A DNA stretch of 44,767 bases, from contig NC_068999.1 in the NCBI RefSeq assembly GCF_001194135.2, positions 5,494,598 to 5,539,364 on the forward strand. Direction: 5' to 3'. The notes under the pieces were generated by a model, which was given only the letters and a program-made list of their open reading frames with translations, did not search any database and was not told where the DNA came from. Shown one piece after another: positions 1 to 12,783 of this stretch; position 1 is the stretch's first letter, and each line of letters starts with the position of its first letter. The translations under genes were made by a program, and so were the position numbers. Source of the DNA: Octopus bimaculoides. Taxonomy: Eukaryota.

Positions 1-871
1 ACTTATTATTATTTTTTTTTTTTCACTTCTTTTCTCCTTCAAGATGCTCGCCCTTTTCAGGCGACCTGGGTCGTAGACTAGAGAGGTTGTATTGTTTAAG
101 AAACACCAATGTCTCGACGTAAAGACGATCTTTTGGAAAACGGATGTTAGGTTTCGTATTTGACGAAGGTCGTCAGTGCACCAACGGAAGCAAGACGGTA
201 AAACCTGTTGTTTGTTTTTACTCACAGTTTGTCCTTCTGGGAATTGAAAAGGGATTCTGTTATTTCATACTTGTCTAGAGCAGCATTTCCTCTACTTTTT
301 TTTTTGCTTTCTTTTTCAGTTCCACGATCGATTTCACGCCGTTCCTTCGAACATTCGTGAAGTCGATGAGTTATAGACAGATAACTGCCTCTCCGGGCGG
401 TGTTTCAATCTCCGCCGTCTTTTTAGATTGATCATGATTGATGATAATGATCAGTTCTATATTTACAATACAGAAATTCAATAAAGTATACAATACAATA
501 GCATTCATAATGATATAATTACAATGGTAATTGTGAAACTAAAGGTCAGATCGATTTATGCATTGTTTAGCAGTCAACTAGGTTCAAATATTATAAAAAG
601 GAAGAACACTTAACAGACAGTAATGAATAAATTAATAAATAAAACAGGCAACATTTTTGGTATGTAAAAAAAATACACCAAAAAATTCCAAAAGGAAACC
701 GAAAACGAAATAACATATATGTATGTGTGAGCTTGAATGTATGTACATATAAATATATACATGTGTATGTATATATGTATGTATATATATATACAGTCAG
801 ACACATATACATGTATATATAAGTATAAAAAATAATAAGAAAAATGATAAGAGTAAAAATATGAAAAGTTG

Positions 872-913
<42 letters not shown>

Positions 914-1217
914 TTTATGTTCACGATATGATAATTTGATACGGAAAAAATGTATTCATGCGTGCAGTGTGTATAATAAAATAGAGAAAAATGAGAAACT
1001 GGTTGGATTGGAAAAAGGAGAAACAAATAAACAGAAAAGTAAAAGAAATAAAGGAAAAAAATTATGGAAAAAAATACGAAAAAGGAACGCGATAAAGAAG
1101 GAATGTGAAAATCTGTAAAATCAACAATAACAACAACAAAAAAAAGAGTAAGAAAACACGAAAGAAATCCAACTAGAAAAGACAAGAATGGAAATTAAGA
1201 CGTTGGGAAATAGGATT

Positions 1218-1262
<45 letters not shown>

Positions 1263-1317
1263 CATCCATATATAAATATATATATATACATACATACACA
1301 CATACATATATATGCGT

Positions 1318-1348
<31 letters not shown>

Positions 1349-2217
1349 TATATATGTTATATATAATATGATATAACATAATATAATATAGTATGATATA
1401 TAAATATATATAACAAACGAAGGAGGAAAAACGATTCCTTCAAAAGGGTGTAAAACATCCAATTAACTGCTACGGCAGTTGAATACCACAGAAATAAGCA
1501 TATAAATGCAAATAACAAATGATAAATGAAATAGAGAAATACAGTTGATAATTTAACAATTTATTACATTATGATATAATATAATATACTATAAATATAA
1601 TATAAAATAAAAAAAACAACAAATAAAGTTAACAATTTGTTTCGTTGATTTATAAACAATTCATATTTATGTATGTGAGTCTCTTCAGGGCCTTTGTTAA
1701 AAGAAAAAAAACACCAGACGAAATTCCTTGTAAAAGGACTGCCAGATCGCATAATACTGATTCAAAGTACCAATGTATATGTGCCTGTGAAATATTGTAT
1801 CCTTGCCGTAAGGCTTTATTTCCACATACGCCAGCTGAAGTTAATTCGTCCTTAGTCGAAAGACACCTATTGTTATGTCCTGTTATTTGTATTTGTGTAA
1901 CATTCTCCGTTTTTTTCCCGTCCTTGTTTTCGTATACATTTGCTGCTTTCTTCCAAGGATTTTAATGCTCTTAGCTTAGTTTTTCCTTGGGGCTGGCCAG
2001 ATTGGAGCAATCTCCAGTATAACCAGCCGAAATTGCAAAGATGATCTGGAACTCGACTGAGGAAAGAAATTTGAACTTAGAACGTAAAGACAGACGAAAT
2101 ACCGCTAAGCGTTTCGCCCGGCGTGCTAACGTTACTGGCAGCTCGCCTTATATATANNNNNNNNNNNNNNNNNNNNNNNNNNNNNNNNNNNNNNNNNTAT
2201 ATATATATATATATATA

Positions 2218-2372
2218 TATGCACAGGCGCAGGTATGTGATAAGACATTTGTTTCCTGGTTCAGTCCCAATTCATAGCACCTTGGGCAAGTGTCCTCTGC
2301 TGTAGCCTCGGCCGACCAAATCTTTGTGAGTGGAGTTGGTAGACAGAAACTGAAAGAAACCCGTCGTATATA
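2218..2372 (+). mobile_element. Head half of the composite SINE
   Basis: ggttcagtccc...ccttgggcaagtgtc...gaaactgaaagaaacccgtcgtatata. Further head-only copies at about 19378-19530, 25270-25420 and 34536-34740. Confidence 0.8.
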
Positions 2373-3195
2373 TGTGTATGTATGTGTGCACGCTTGCGTG
2401 TGCGTGTAAATTATATATCAATAAATACTAGCGGGATCCGTGGAAATTCTACAGTGTAAGTGAGCATATTTGAAAACATTATGTTATTATATTAAACACA
2501 AGCAAGAAATTTCAAAAACGTTTTTTGATATCCTGCCATCTAATCAAACCTGAACTTCGAAAATATAATCGAAACGAACTAAGGAGGTTTTGCTTATCTT
2601 CCTGCTTTTGATATGTTTGACAGATACGATGTGCTTTATAATCCGAGAAATAAAAGATGAATATATACGCAGAAACACGTAAATAGATAGATAGATAGAT
2701 AGATAGATGACTGTCATATCTACATTTCCTTCTGTATTTCTCTACTCTCATAATATCGATAAGCATTTAAGCGAAATACAAATAAACAAATAAATAAATT
2801 ATGGCGGTGCCCCAGCATGGCCATAGCTTTTGGCTTTGAATACAAAAAATAATAATAATAAAAGTGCAACATACACAGCTATTTGCTAAGGTTATTTCGC
2901 TTTAATTTAACTAACTATCGATATATCTTTAATTTACGAAACTTTATGACATTTCGGCTGTGCATGTGACTTGAACACGAAAATGCAGAATGATATAGAC
3001 CTTCTCCCTTTCTCTCTCTTTTAGTCTCCATTGTCTGTCTCTCTATATGTGTGTGTTACGCCTACGTCAAGGCAGGCGTAGGTGTAACACACGGACGAAA
3101 CAGAGACAGGACCGCAGAAACACGTAGAATTATATTATAGATATTATAATAATATATATAATATATACATACATACATACATATATATATGTGTG

Positions 3196-3238
<43 letters not shown>

Positions 3239-3884
3239 NNNNNNNNNNNNNNNNNNNNNNNNNNNNNNNNNNNNNNNNNNNNNNNNNNNNNNNNNNNNNN
3301 NNNNNNNNNNNNNNNNNNNNNNNNNNNNNNNNNNNNNNNNNNNNNNNNNNNNNNNNNNNNNNNNNNNNNNNNNNNNNNNNNNNNNNNNNTCTTTCTTCTT
3401 TGGCGTCCGTTTGCGATGTATTTTGTTTCTTTCCTATACTTTTTCCCTTCTTTCTATGACAATTATGGCGGTTGCCAGTATTTATTCCAAAAAGAAAGAA
3501 ACTGATGACGCTTTTGTCGATTTACCAATTTGACAAATAATGGACAACAAAAATGATAATAACAATAATAAGAAAAAAAACCCCAGCAAAATGATAAAAA
3601 CGCAGAAGAGAAGGAAATACACACATACACACAAACACGCGCATATACAGACATACACACATGAATACACACACAAAGAAACATTGGCAAAATGGCGGCA
3701 AGACAAAAGATTCTTTAAAACTTGCAGAGTTTGTCTTAGAAGGATAGGAAATTAAGAATATTAAAAGGAAGACTTCGGTAAGAAACAAATGCTTAACTAA
3801 TCGCGAATCTACAGCAATTTCTGAATTCTATATTTTAATGGGGAAAGTGGTGGTAGTGGTGGTGTATGAATGAAGACGTGGGGG

Positions 3885-4150
3885 AGAGAGAAAGAGAGAG
3901 AGAGAGAAATAAATAACGAAGACAGAGATGAGAAAAACAAACGTTGGTACGATGTGGACGATGTCGATGATGACAATGCTGGCGACGACGTTGACAATGA
4001 TGATGATGATGATGATGACGCTAGAGAAGCTAATGGTGATGCCTATGGTGTTGATGATGATGATGGCATTGATGATGATGATGATGGTGATAATAATGAT
4101 TGTGCTGATATCGATGTGGTGATGGTGATGTTAATAGTGATGACGACGAT
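3885..4150. repeat. (GA)n then (GAT)n compound microsatellite
   Basis: Directly visible; source of the poly-D and poly-M pseudo-ORFs. Confidence 0.9.
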
Positions 4151-5584
4151 GTTATTTTAGACTCACGTCAGTCCTCAATGAGTAAATCTACTGATAATCC
4201 ACACACGACAAACTCATCGATATTATTTCTAGCTACAGTACGTGGTATATTTAAGCTCACGTTATCCAACATGTCTTTCGTATTTTTAAAACGATGATGA
4301 ATTTAAGATGATGACATGGTATGAGCAATATTAGGCTGCTGTATCTAGCAAAACGGGCGACCACATATCGTAAGCTTACTTAATGATGTTGAAAAAAAAA
4401 ATGGTTACAAGGAGTTTTTCAATGAAGGCGGTGTTGAAGGATCCGTATTCGTGGGCACTCTCCCCTCTTTTTTTTTTAAACTAATCTTGCAATCAAACAC
4501 CTCCATCCAACTAAAGACAGAAGCTTGAAAGAATTAGTAAAATTATCCCAAATAAAATCGACGGCAAAATTTGAAGAGGCTCCAAACTAATCCACTGGAT
4601 TATCAGTGCAGGATGTCAAATCCAGTCATATGGCATTGATTAGCCCGGGGCTATAGCAGAAGATACTTACCCAAAGCAAGCTTCTTAACCACACAGCCAT
4701 GTCTGCACTTGCTTTTACATTTTAAAGTTGATCCATAATAAAATCTGTTTTATTCATGGCGGGATTTATAGAGATGACGGCTTGATAAGCTCCCAAAATG
4801 TTAACTGACAAACAGCAAATAAATGCAAGGAAAACTAAGCTATTGAACGAATGGAACCGAAATAGTACAGCCAGCAGCAACCTACCTTCAAATAGACAAT
4901 TACTTAGAGTTAACATTAAATCTTAATAATAAAAAAAAATCAAATCATACATTGAACTAAACGATTCAATACTGCGTATAGATCGCAATTTAAACTGTTT
5001 TTATTACTTTCAGTTCAAACTATGTTATATAAATATCTGTATTTATCATTAGTATATATGTAGGTTGTTGTGGATTCCGTATACTATATCATGCTGGAGT
5101 GTGATTATTTGCCAATGAATATATAATGGGTCCTCGTCGGTTTAAACGATTAGCATTCAATTATTACTCCACACTCAATTTGCTTTTTTTTTTTGTTCCT
5201 GCTTCTTGTTGTTCTTTATACCAAGGCCAGTACTTATCGATTCAACTAATGATCAATGGCGTTCTGTACGTGACTATCCTGTCTTTTTTTTTTGCATACA
5301 TACTATATCTTGGACGTTATTATCCTGTCTTTCCTATATTTATTTCTTTAAACTGTAGATTGTGAAGCGAATTAGGTTGGTTGCTATTTTTAGGAGCTCG
5401 TTCAACAGCTAGAAATAACCATTAGTTCTTCTTTGGTTAGAACACCAATAATACATCTCGAGTTTTTAAGTGACATGTGATGGATTTAATTCATTTATTT
5501 CAGGCTGGGGTAAAACAACCATAGCCTCTACAGGTATTGAGCACTTTTCTCTCATTTGTTCAACATAAAGCAACGTACACACAT

Positions 5585-5890
5585 ATCTTTTACTTGTTTC
5601 AGTCATTAAACTGCGGTACTGCCTTGAAAAATTTTAGGTGAATGAATCAACTCCAGTAGTATTTTTAAGCACGGTGCATATTCTATCAGTGTCTTTTGCC
5701 GAACTGCTAAGGCTAAGTTACCGGGNNNNNNNNNNATACACACACAACGGGCTTCTTTCAGTTTCTGTCTAGCAAATTCCAAACCCACTCTCTAAGCATT
5801 GGTCAACCTAGGGCTATAATAGAAAGCACTTGCCCTAGGGGCTGTGTAGTGGGACTGAACCTGAAACCACATGATTACAAAGCAAGCATT
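5585..5890 (-). mobile_element. Composite SINE copy
   Basis: Reverse complement of tail (5585-5725) and head (5745-5890), small N gap at the microsatellite. Confidence 0.85.
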
Positions 5891-6629
5891 TTTTTTTATT
5901 AGTCATAATTGTACCTGTATATAATTTTTAGGTGTAGTTATTTCAATGTATATATTTTCCCAGGTATTTTTTCCGTAGTTAAATATAATTAAATGATTGA
6001 TAATGAAGAAACAAGAAAGAGAAAATTCTTATCTAATATTTTTTCTCCACCATCAAATTTTATTTTATCTTTATTTTTTATTTTATTTTTACTTCAACGT
6101 TTTAGAAAATTCAACAAATATGTTAAGTAGATGGTGATAGGCAGAGCATCCAGTTGTAGGAACCACCCCACAGCAGTCACCGGAACACGATGTATCTTTT
6201 GGATCCGTTTGATCCTGTCAACCCGTCGAACGCATGTCAACATGAAAGACGGATTTTAAACGATGATGATATATGATTATCTATTTGATTAAGTGGCTGA
6301 GTAGACCTAATGAAAGACAATCTCTGGTCCTGCCTTGCCTTAACTATTCCCAACCTCATTGCTGGGGGTCGGGCACCATTCCTCTCCGACGACTCCATCA
6401 GAGATCTTCAGGGCCATATTTTAATGCCATCTAGTCAGCCAATAGCGTAGGTAGANNNNNNNNNNNNNNNNNNNNNNNNNNNNNNNNNNNNNNNNNNNNN
6501 NNNNNNNNNNNNNNNNNNNNNNNNNNNNNNNNNNNNNNNNNNNNNNNNNNNNNNNNNNNNNNNNNNNNNNNNNNNNNNNNNNNNNNNNNNNNNNNNNNNN
6601 NNNNNNNNNNNNNNNNNNNNNNACACATT

Positions 6630-7103
6630 CTGGCTACACTTGTGCAGAAAGCATCATCTCAGTCTTTCTCTTCCTCATTTCGCAAGCGGCTGGATACGTG
6701 GTCTGCAAAGAATTGTCAGCCACTCCACGACAATGCGCTCGCTCATTCCGTCCATGTGATCCAAGCGTTTCTGATCAAGAACAACGCATCACTTGTTCGA
6801 CAACCTCTCTTCTTTGCCGACCTGGCACCGTGTGACTTCTGTCTCTTTCCCAAACTGAAAACCACGCTGAATGGGAAGCAATTTGAGTCGTAAGAGGGAA
6901 TTATGAGAAAAGCGACGGTAGAGCTCCACAGCATTCCAGAGGAGGTGTTCCAAAGGTGTTACCAGGAGTGGTAGAACCATTGGGAGAAATGTGTGAACTC
7001 CCAAGGGGAGTAATTTAAAAGTGATTAAACGAAATTTATGAAATGTTCAAAATTGCCTTTTTTTTATGCCCAAAGCTTGGATACGTTTTGAACGCACCTT
7101 GTA
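6630..7103 (+). mobile_element. Mariner transposon relic (3' part), 5' end lost in the N gap
   Basis: LHDNALAH...DLAPCDFCLFPKLK...GKQFES* followed by a degenerate W..RW.KCV..QGE tail. Ends in a mariner-type TIR (tacgttttgaacgcaccttgta) plus TA. In-frame stops present. Confidence 0.9.
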
Positions 7104-7130
7104 TAGAGACTGGTAAAATGGTACAGCAAT

Positions 7131-7860
7131 GTAACATGTGGCGATGAAGGTAGAAATCTATGATAGCTGGAAGGCACCACATGTAGTGAAGGTAGAGGAC
7201 CTGTGGTGCTTGGAAGGTACATTCTTATGGCTGGTTAGCATTTAGTTGCGAAGGTGGAGGTCATGTGACACCTAGTGTAGCACTGCATGGCAGTGAAAGT
7301 GGAGGTTCTGTGGCGATTGGAGGGTATCACTCTATGGCAGTTTAACATTCGGTAGCGAAAGTAGAGGTTCTATGGTACCAAGAGTGTTCCACCACATGGC
7401 AGTGTTGCACAGTAATTAGGGGATAAAAATCCTGCAGTACCTAAAGGGTACTACTGTATAGCAGTTTAACATGTGATATCTAGAGAGACTTTATGACATG
7501 TGGTAGTGAAGTTGGAGGAACTGTGGTACATGGAGGGCATGTATGGCAGTGTAATATCAAAAAGCAGAGGGCCTGTGGTAACTGTGGGGGTTAATGAGTG
7601 GTAGTGAAGGTGGATGTTGTGTGGTACCTAGGATGTAGCACTGTAACATGTAGCAGTGGAGGTATAGGTCCTGTGGGACATGGAGAGTCCCAATGTATAA
7701 TGAGTGGCTGTGTGGTAAGTAGCTTGCTTACCAACTACATGGTTCCGGGTTCAGTCCCACAGTGTGGCACCTTGAGCAAGTGTCTTCCACTATCCTCGGG
7801 CTGACCAAAGCCTTGTGAAAGGATTTGGTATTGGTAGATGGAAACTGAAAGAAGCCCATC

Positions 7861-7938
<78 letters not shown>

Positions 7939-8600
7939 TTGTGTGTCTGTGTTTGTTCCCCCACCATCGCTTGACAACTGATGATGGTGTGTTTACGTCT
8001 TCATTACTTAGCAGTTCGGCAAAGGACACTGCTGGAATAAGTACCGAGCTTACAAAGAATAAGTCCAGGGGTCAATCTCTTCAACTAAAAGGCGGTGCTC
8101 CAGCATGGCCACATTCAAAATGACTGAAACAAGTAAAAGAATATTGCAAAGGCCATCAGGTACCTAGAGAGGCTGTATGACAGGGTAACATGAAGTAGTG
8201 AATTCAGAAGACATGTGGTAACTGGAAGGTAGCACCATTTGTCAGTTTAACATGTAGTGAATATACAGGCATTGTGGTAGCTAGGGGTGCCATTCAGAAC
8301 ATGTAGTAAAGGTGGGAAGTCCTGAGGAATCTGAAGGGACTGTATAACAGTATAACATGTAGTAAAACAAGTAAGGAGACAGGCTGAAGAGACTGTGTGG
8401 TAATTTAACATGTGGAAATGAAGGTAGAGATCACATGGTATGTGAAGAGGCAAACAGTAATGTAACATGTGATAATGAAGGTGGAGAGACGGACTGGGGG
8501 TACTGTATGGCAATGTGACATGTGGCAGTGGTTATAGAGGTCATGTGGTATCTGGAGAGAATGAAGGTAGAACATGTACAAGAATCAGCATTGCTTGGAA
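7131..8600. repeat. Degenerate minisatellite (~45-65-bp units) interrupted by the SINE at 7701-8141
   Basis: Recurring catgtRgtagtgaaggtRgagg...ctgtggtacctggagggta...ctgtatggcagt on both sides of the SINE. Confidence 0.8.
7701..8141 (+). mobile_element. Composite SINE: tRNA-like head + (TA)n + conserved tail
   Basis: Head gagtggctgtgtggtaag...ccgggttcagtcccac (A/B-box-like), (TA)n at about 7862-7930, tail ending ggcggtgctccagcatggcc...gactgaaacaagtaaaaga. Confidence 0.9.
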
Positions 8601-8736
8601 AAGGAAGAATTCTTCGCAGGGTCCTTGAAGCATGACCAGTAAACAAGTGTCACCTTAGTCTACCGGCTGTGGACAGCTGACACTTTCCATCACACCCAAC
8701 AAAATAAGCTGAGGGTTTTCATCAAGTAATAATAGC

Positions 8737-8773
<37 letters not shown>

Positions 8774-9166
8774 GTAATCATCCTTTCTATTATAAGCACA
8801 AGGCCTGAAATTTGTGGGGAGGGAGTTAGTCGATTATATCAACACCATTGTTCAGCTGGTACTTATTTCATTGACCCCGAAAGGTTGAAAGGCAAAGTCG
8901 ACCTCGGAGTAATTTGAACTCAGAATGTGAAAACATGGACGAAATGCCATTAAGCATTCTGTGCAATGTGCTAATGAGTCTGTCATCTTGGTGCCTTCTG
9001 ACAATTAATGGAAAATGGAAACAAACAAATAAAAAATGCAAAAAGAAAGAAAAACAGAACTCAAAGAAATTAAGTAAATATATAATATATATATGCATAT
9101 TCATGTGTGTGTATGTGTGTGTGTGTATGTATATATATATATATATAAATGTATATGTATATACTA

Positions 9167-9528
9167 TGGCACTCCATCAGTTACAACGATGAGGGTTCCA
9201 GTTGGCATGTGAAATTAACGTGCAAGTGGCTGAGTACTCCAAAGATGCGTGTACCTTTAACATAGTTTTTGGGGGCGATTCAGCATGACACAGAGTGTGA
9301 CAAGGCTGGCCCCTTTGAATTACAGGTACACCAGAAACAAGAAGAAAGAGTGAGAGAAAGTTGTGGTGAAAGAGTACAGAAGGGTTCACCACCACCCCCT
9401 GCCAGAGCCTTGTGGACCTTTAGGTGTTTTCGCTCAATAAACACTCACAAAGCCCGGTCTGGGAATTGAAACCATGATCCTATGACCGCCAGTCCGCTGC
9501 CCTAACCACTGGGCCATTGCGCCTCCAC
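9167..9528 (-). mobile_element. Second tRNA-derived SINE family, near full length
   Basis: Reverse-complement head tgtggaggcgcaatggcccagtggttagggcagcggac...gtttcaattcccagaccggg with A box (TGGCCCAGTGG) and B-box-like segment. Confidence 0.88.
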
Positions 9529-9537
9529 ATATGTATA

Positions 9538-9615
<78 letters not shown>

Positions 9616-10356
9616 CATGTGTATATATATACATATATATATATATATGCATATATGTGTGTGCGTGTGTATATATATGCATGTGTGTGTGTGTGTGTGT
9701 GTATATATGTATGTATGCATATGTATGTATATGCAATATCATCACAGATTGTTATCCAAGTGATAAATATGTCATGTTGTAAGTTAACCTGGATGATGGA
9801 TATTGTCCTATTGTACAACATATTTTAATAACACCTATAAAATATCACATTCGTTTGGTCTTGGCGGGAAATATTTTTCTTGAAAAAAAAAAAAAATGGT
9901 GGGGAAAGAAAATTTTTTTTTGTTAAATTATAATTTTAAAACAAAATAAAAAAATAACAGAGATAAACAATAAAACAAAACAGAACAGAAAAAGGAAAAA
10001 CAATTAAAAATATTACCAAAGTAAGTAATGAGAGCCATGTTGTCTTGTGGTTGTCGTTGCATTTAGACAAGTTTTTCAAGTCTCTCTATTGCAGTATCCG
10101 ATGCCGTCCCCCATCTTTCCAATGTTCTTTGGTTTTCCCTCTTTTTTTTTTTTAATTCGTAAATGTTCATAAATGTAACCTGAATATTTCGCTGGGGTAC
10201 ATATATACCCAGCAGAATGCGTCAGTTTTATGTATTTTGGTTTCTTCCGTTCAGTTGAGACTGACACAGGAATATGTTATTTTTTTCTCCAACAATTCGT
10301 TAACAGATGATGGAATGAAAGGATATGAGATGATTATGCACACATACACAAGCCTC

Positions 10357-10417
10357 GATAACTGAAGAGATGCTGGAGCAGGTTTCTGCCCCGACATCCG
10401 AAACTCTGAGTCTTATT
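10357..10417 (+). ncRNA. Minimal type-I hammerhead ribozyme motif
   Basis: GATAA-CTGAAGA-GATG...CATC-C-GAAA-CTCTGAG-TC/TTATT. CUGANGA and GAAA cores, GUC triplet, stem I 5 bp (one G-U), stem II 4 bp, near-palindromic stem III ACTC-T-GAGT. Confidence 0.6.
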
Positions 10418-10518
10418 ATGGCAACCGAATAATTGTCATATATTATATTACAAATAAATTCTTCTATTTACATAATATCGAGGTCTCATTCATTCTTTTG
10501 TTGTCTTACCATTTCTAT

Positions 10519-10569
<51 letters not shown>

Positions 10570-10721
10570 TATATACATAAATATATACATACATATATAT
10601 ACATATACACACATACATATGTATGTGTAATATTTGTTTCTATTAGAAGTGTGTAGAATCAGTTATAATTGTTTATTAGTAAATCAGATTTAAATGGGTG
10701 TAAATTTGTGCTGTGTATGCG

Positions 10722-10769
<48 letters not shown>

Positions 10770-10806
10770 CATATACAAACATGGATATTTGTACATATAT
10801 AGATTC

Positions 10807-10845
<39 letters not shown>

Positions 10846-11073
10846 CACACATACATACATTCTTACATACTCTCCCACACACACAAACGAAAATGCACAC
10901 ACTCATACAATATGCTAAGTGATGTGGTGGCTTAGATTCATCTGCAATGAAACAAAGCATCAGGAAATTTTAACTTTGAGCATTTTTTTTAGTGAATCCA
11001 TGTGTGAAAAATAAAAGTAAAAAAATAAAATTTATAAAATAGCATCTGTGAGTTTTTTTTTTTTCTTAGCCAA

Positions 11074-11551
11074 TGTTGCTAATCTGTGAAGATGATTAGC
11101 TGGTGTTGCTAATCTGTGAAGATGATTAGCTGGTGTTGTTAGTCTTTGAAGACCAGCTGGTGTTACTGATCTTTGTGAGTGATTAACTACTGTTGCTAGT
11201 GTTCAAAGATGATCAATTTGTGTTGCTAATCTCCGTGGACTATTAGCTGATGTGACTAATTTTTGAGGGTGATTAGTTAGCAGGGCTAATCTGCTTGTAC
11301 TGTGAATTTGCATTGCTAATCTCCCAGAATTCATTTTTTAGGGTTGCTTATTTCTGTGAATTATTTGCTGATATTGATAGTGTTGCTAATCTCCAAAGAT
11401 GATCAGTCAGTGTTGCTAATCTCAGTGGGTTGTTATTAGCTGATGGTATTAATCTTCAAAAAATGACAAGCTAGCGTTGCTAACATTAGAAGGTGACCAG
11501 ATTAGCTATGTGTTGCTAATCTATGACGGTGATTAGCTTGTTAGCAACAGG
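11074..11551. repeat. 30-bp tandem repeat array (~15 units) with internal palindrome
   Basis: Units 1 and 2 are identical (tgttgctaatctgtgaagatgattagctgg); later units keep tgttgctaat...attagc at about 30-nt spacing. Confidence 0.9.
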
Positions 11552-12153
11552 CAAATCTCCTTTTCAAAGTATCACCTTTTCACTTCTTCCTTCGTAGCTG
11601 GGTTAGAACAAACAGCTTACAGACTTTTCATCTTTCTTAATCTCTCTCTCTCTCTCTCTCGTTTTCCCCTCTGTTTCCACTTTCATCTCATGTCATCAGG
11701 AAGATCTAAAATTTAAAAAAAAAAAAGAAATACATAAACAAATGAATAAATAAAACAATAAACACAACAAAAAATTCTGGACTCTGATAACACCAGAATT
11801 GGACAAATCATGCCTGGACTCGCACGAGTCAAAACAAGGAGTCAATATTTTTCTTTTATCATTTAGCCCTTTGTGGAGTTGTTGATAAACTTATCAACTC
11901 TGCTGTCATTCAAATTTCTAAAATAAAATTAAAAAGTATAATTAATGAAAAAATTTGTAGCTCGTTCTTCATCTCACGTCTTTAACATTGATATTGTTCA
12001 CTCTTGGTGGCGCCAGTGGTAAAAAGTCACTGGGAATAGCTAATGAATGTACTGGGCATTGACGAAAACAAACATGACAAAATAAAACATACATATACAA
12101 CAAAAAAAGCTGTGTGGCCACAAAGCAGACTGACATGGGGTAATGCATGAGCT

Positions 12154-12442
12154 TTAGGAAGGGCATCCAGACATAGAAACCAAACCAAAACAGATGAGTG
12201 GAGCCTGGCACAGCTCTCTGGCTGGCCAGCTCCTGTCAAACAGTCCAACCCATACCAGCATGAAAAACAAACATTAAATGATGATGATGATGATGATGTA
12301 TATACACCAGCGTCATCGTTGAACATCCGCCTTCCATGCTGGCATGGGTTGGACAGTTTGACAGGAACTGGCCAGGCAGGAGCCTGCAACAGACATCTGT
12401 GTCTGTTTTGGCATGGTTTTTACAGCTGGATGCTCTTCTTAA
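12154..12442. repeat. Tail-to-tail inverted pair of RTE-tail elements
   Basis: 12154-12298 (+) and 12311-12442 (-) share ttaRgaagRgcatccag...ctggccagYtcctgtcaaac...tccaacccatRccagcatg; about 12-nt spacer. Confidence 0.85.
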
Positions 12443-12751
12443 CGCCAACTGACCAGCAGAGTGGACAACACGTGTACATGTAAAAACCAAAACAATATAC
12501 ACCAGTCTGTTCGTAACTAATAATTAGATATCTTATGGACTGATTCTCCTGTTTTGTTTTATTTATTTATTTTTTTTTTGTTTCACGTGTACTCTGTGAC
12601 CTCTTTATCTCTGGAGACCAAAGAAAGGAAATCAAGAAACTTGGACGAGAATATGAATCCTTTCCACAGTTTCCCTTTTTGATATACAAGGACACAAATA
12701 GTTAAGTGGTTAATCGCTGCGTAATTTAAATTTGAACCACACTATATAATT

Positions 12752-12783
<32 letters not shown>

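Noticed and set aside
1639-1692. Minus-strand CTGAAGA...GAAAC hammerhead candidate (similar ones near 152-176 and 11680-11700)
   Set aside because: Core words are present but stems I and II do not pair; expected by chance in AT-rich DNA.
9453-9528. tRNA gene (also at 40371, 7701, 31665)
   Set aside because: tRNA-like A/B boxes run straight into repeated SINE bodies, and I could not fold a complete cloverleaf; these are SINE heads.
11074-11551. CRISPR array interpretation of the 30-bp palindromic repeat
   Set aside because: Eukaryotic context, variable part only about 9 nt, repeats degenerate throughout, no cas genes.
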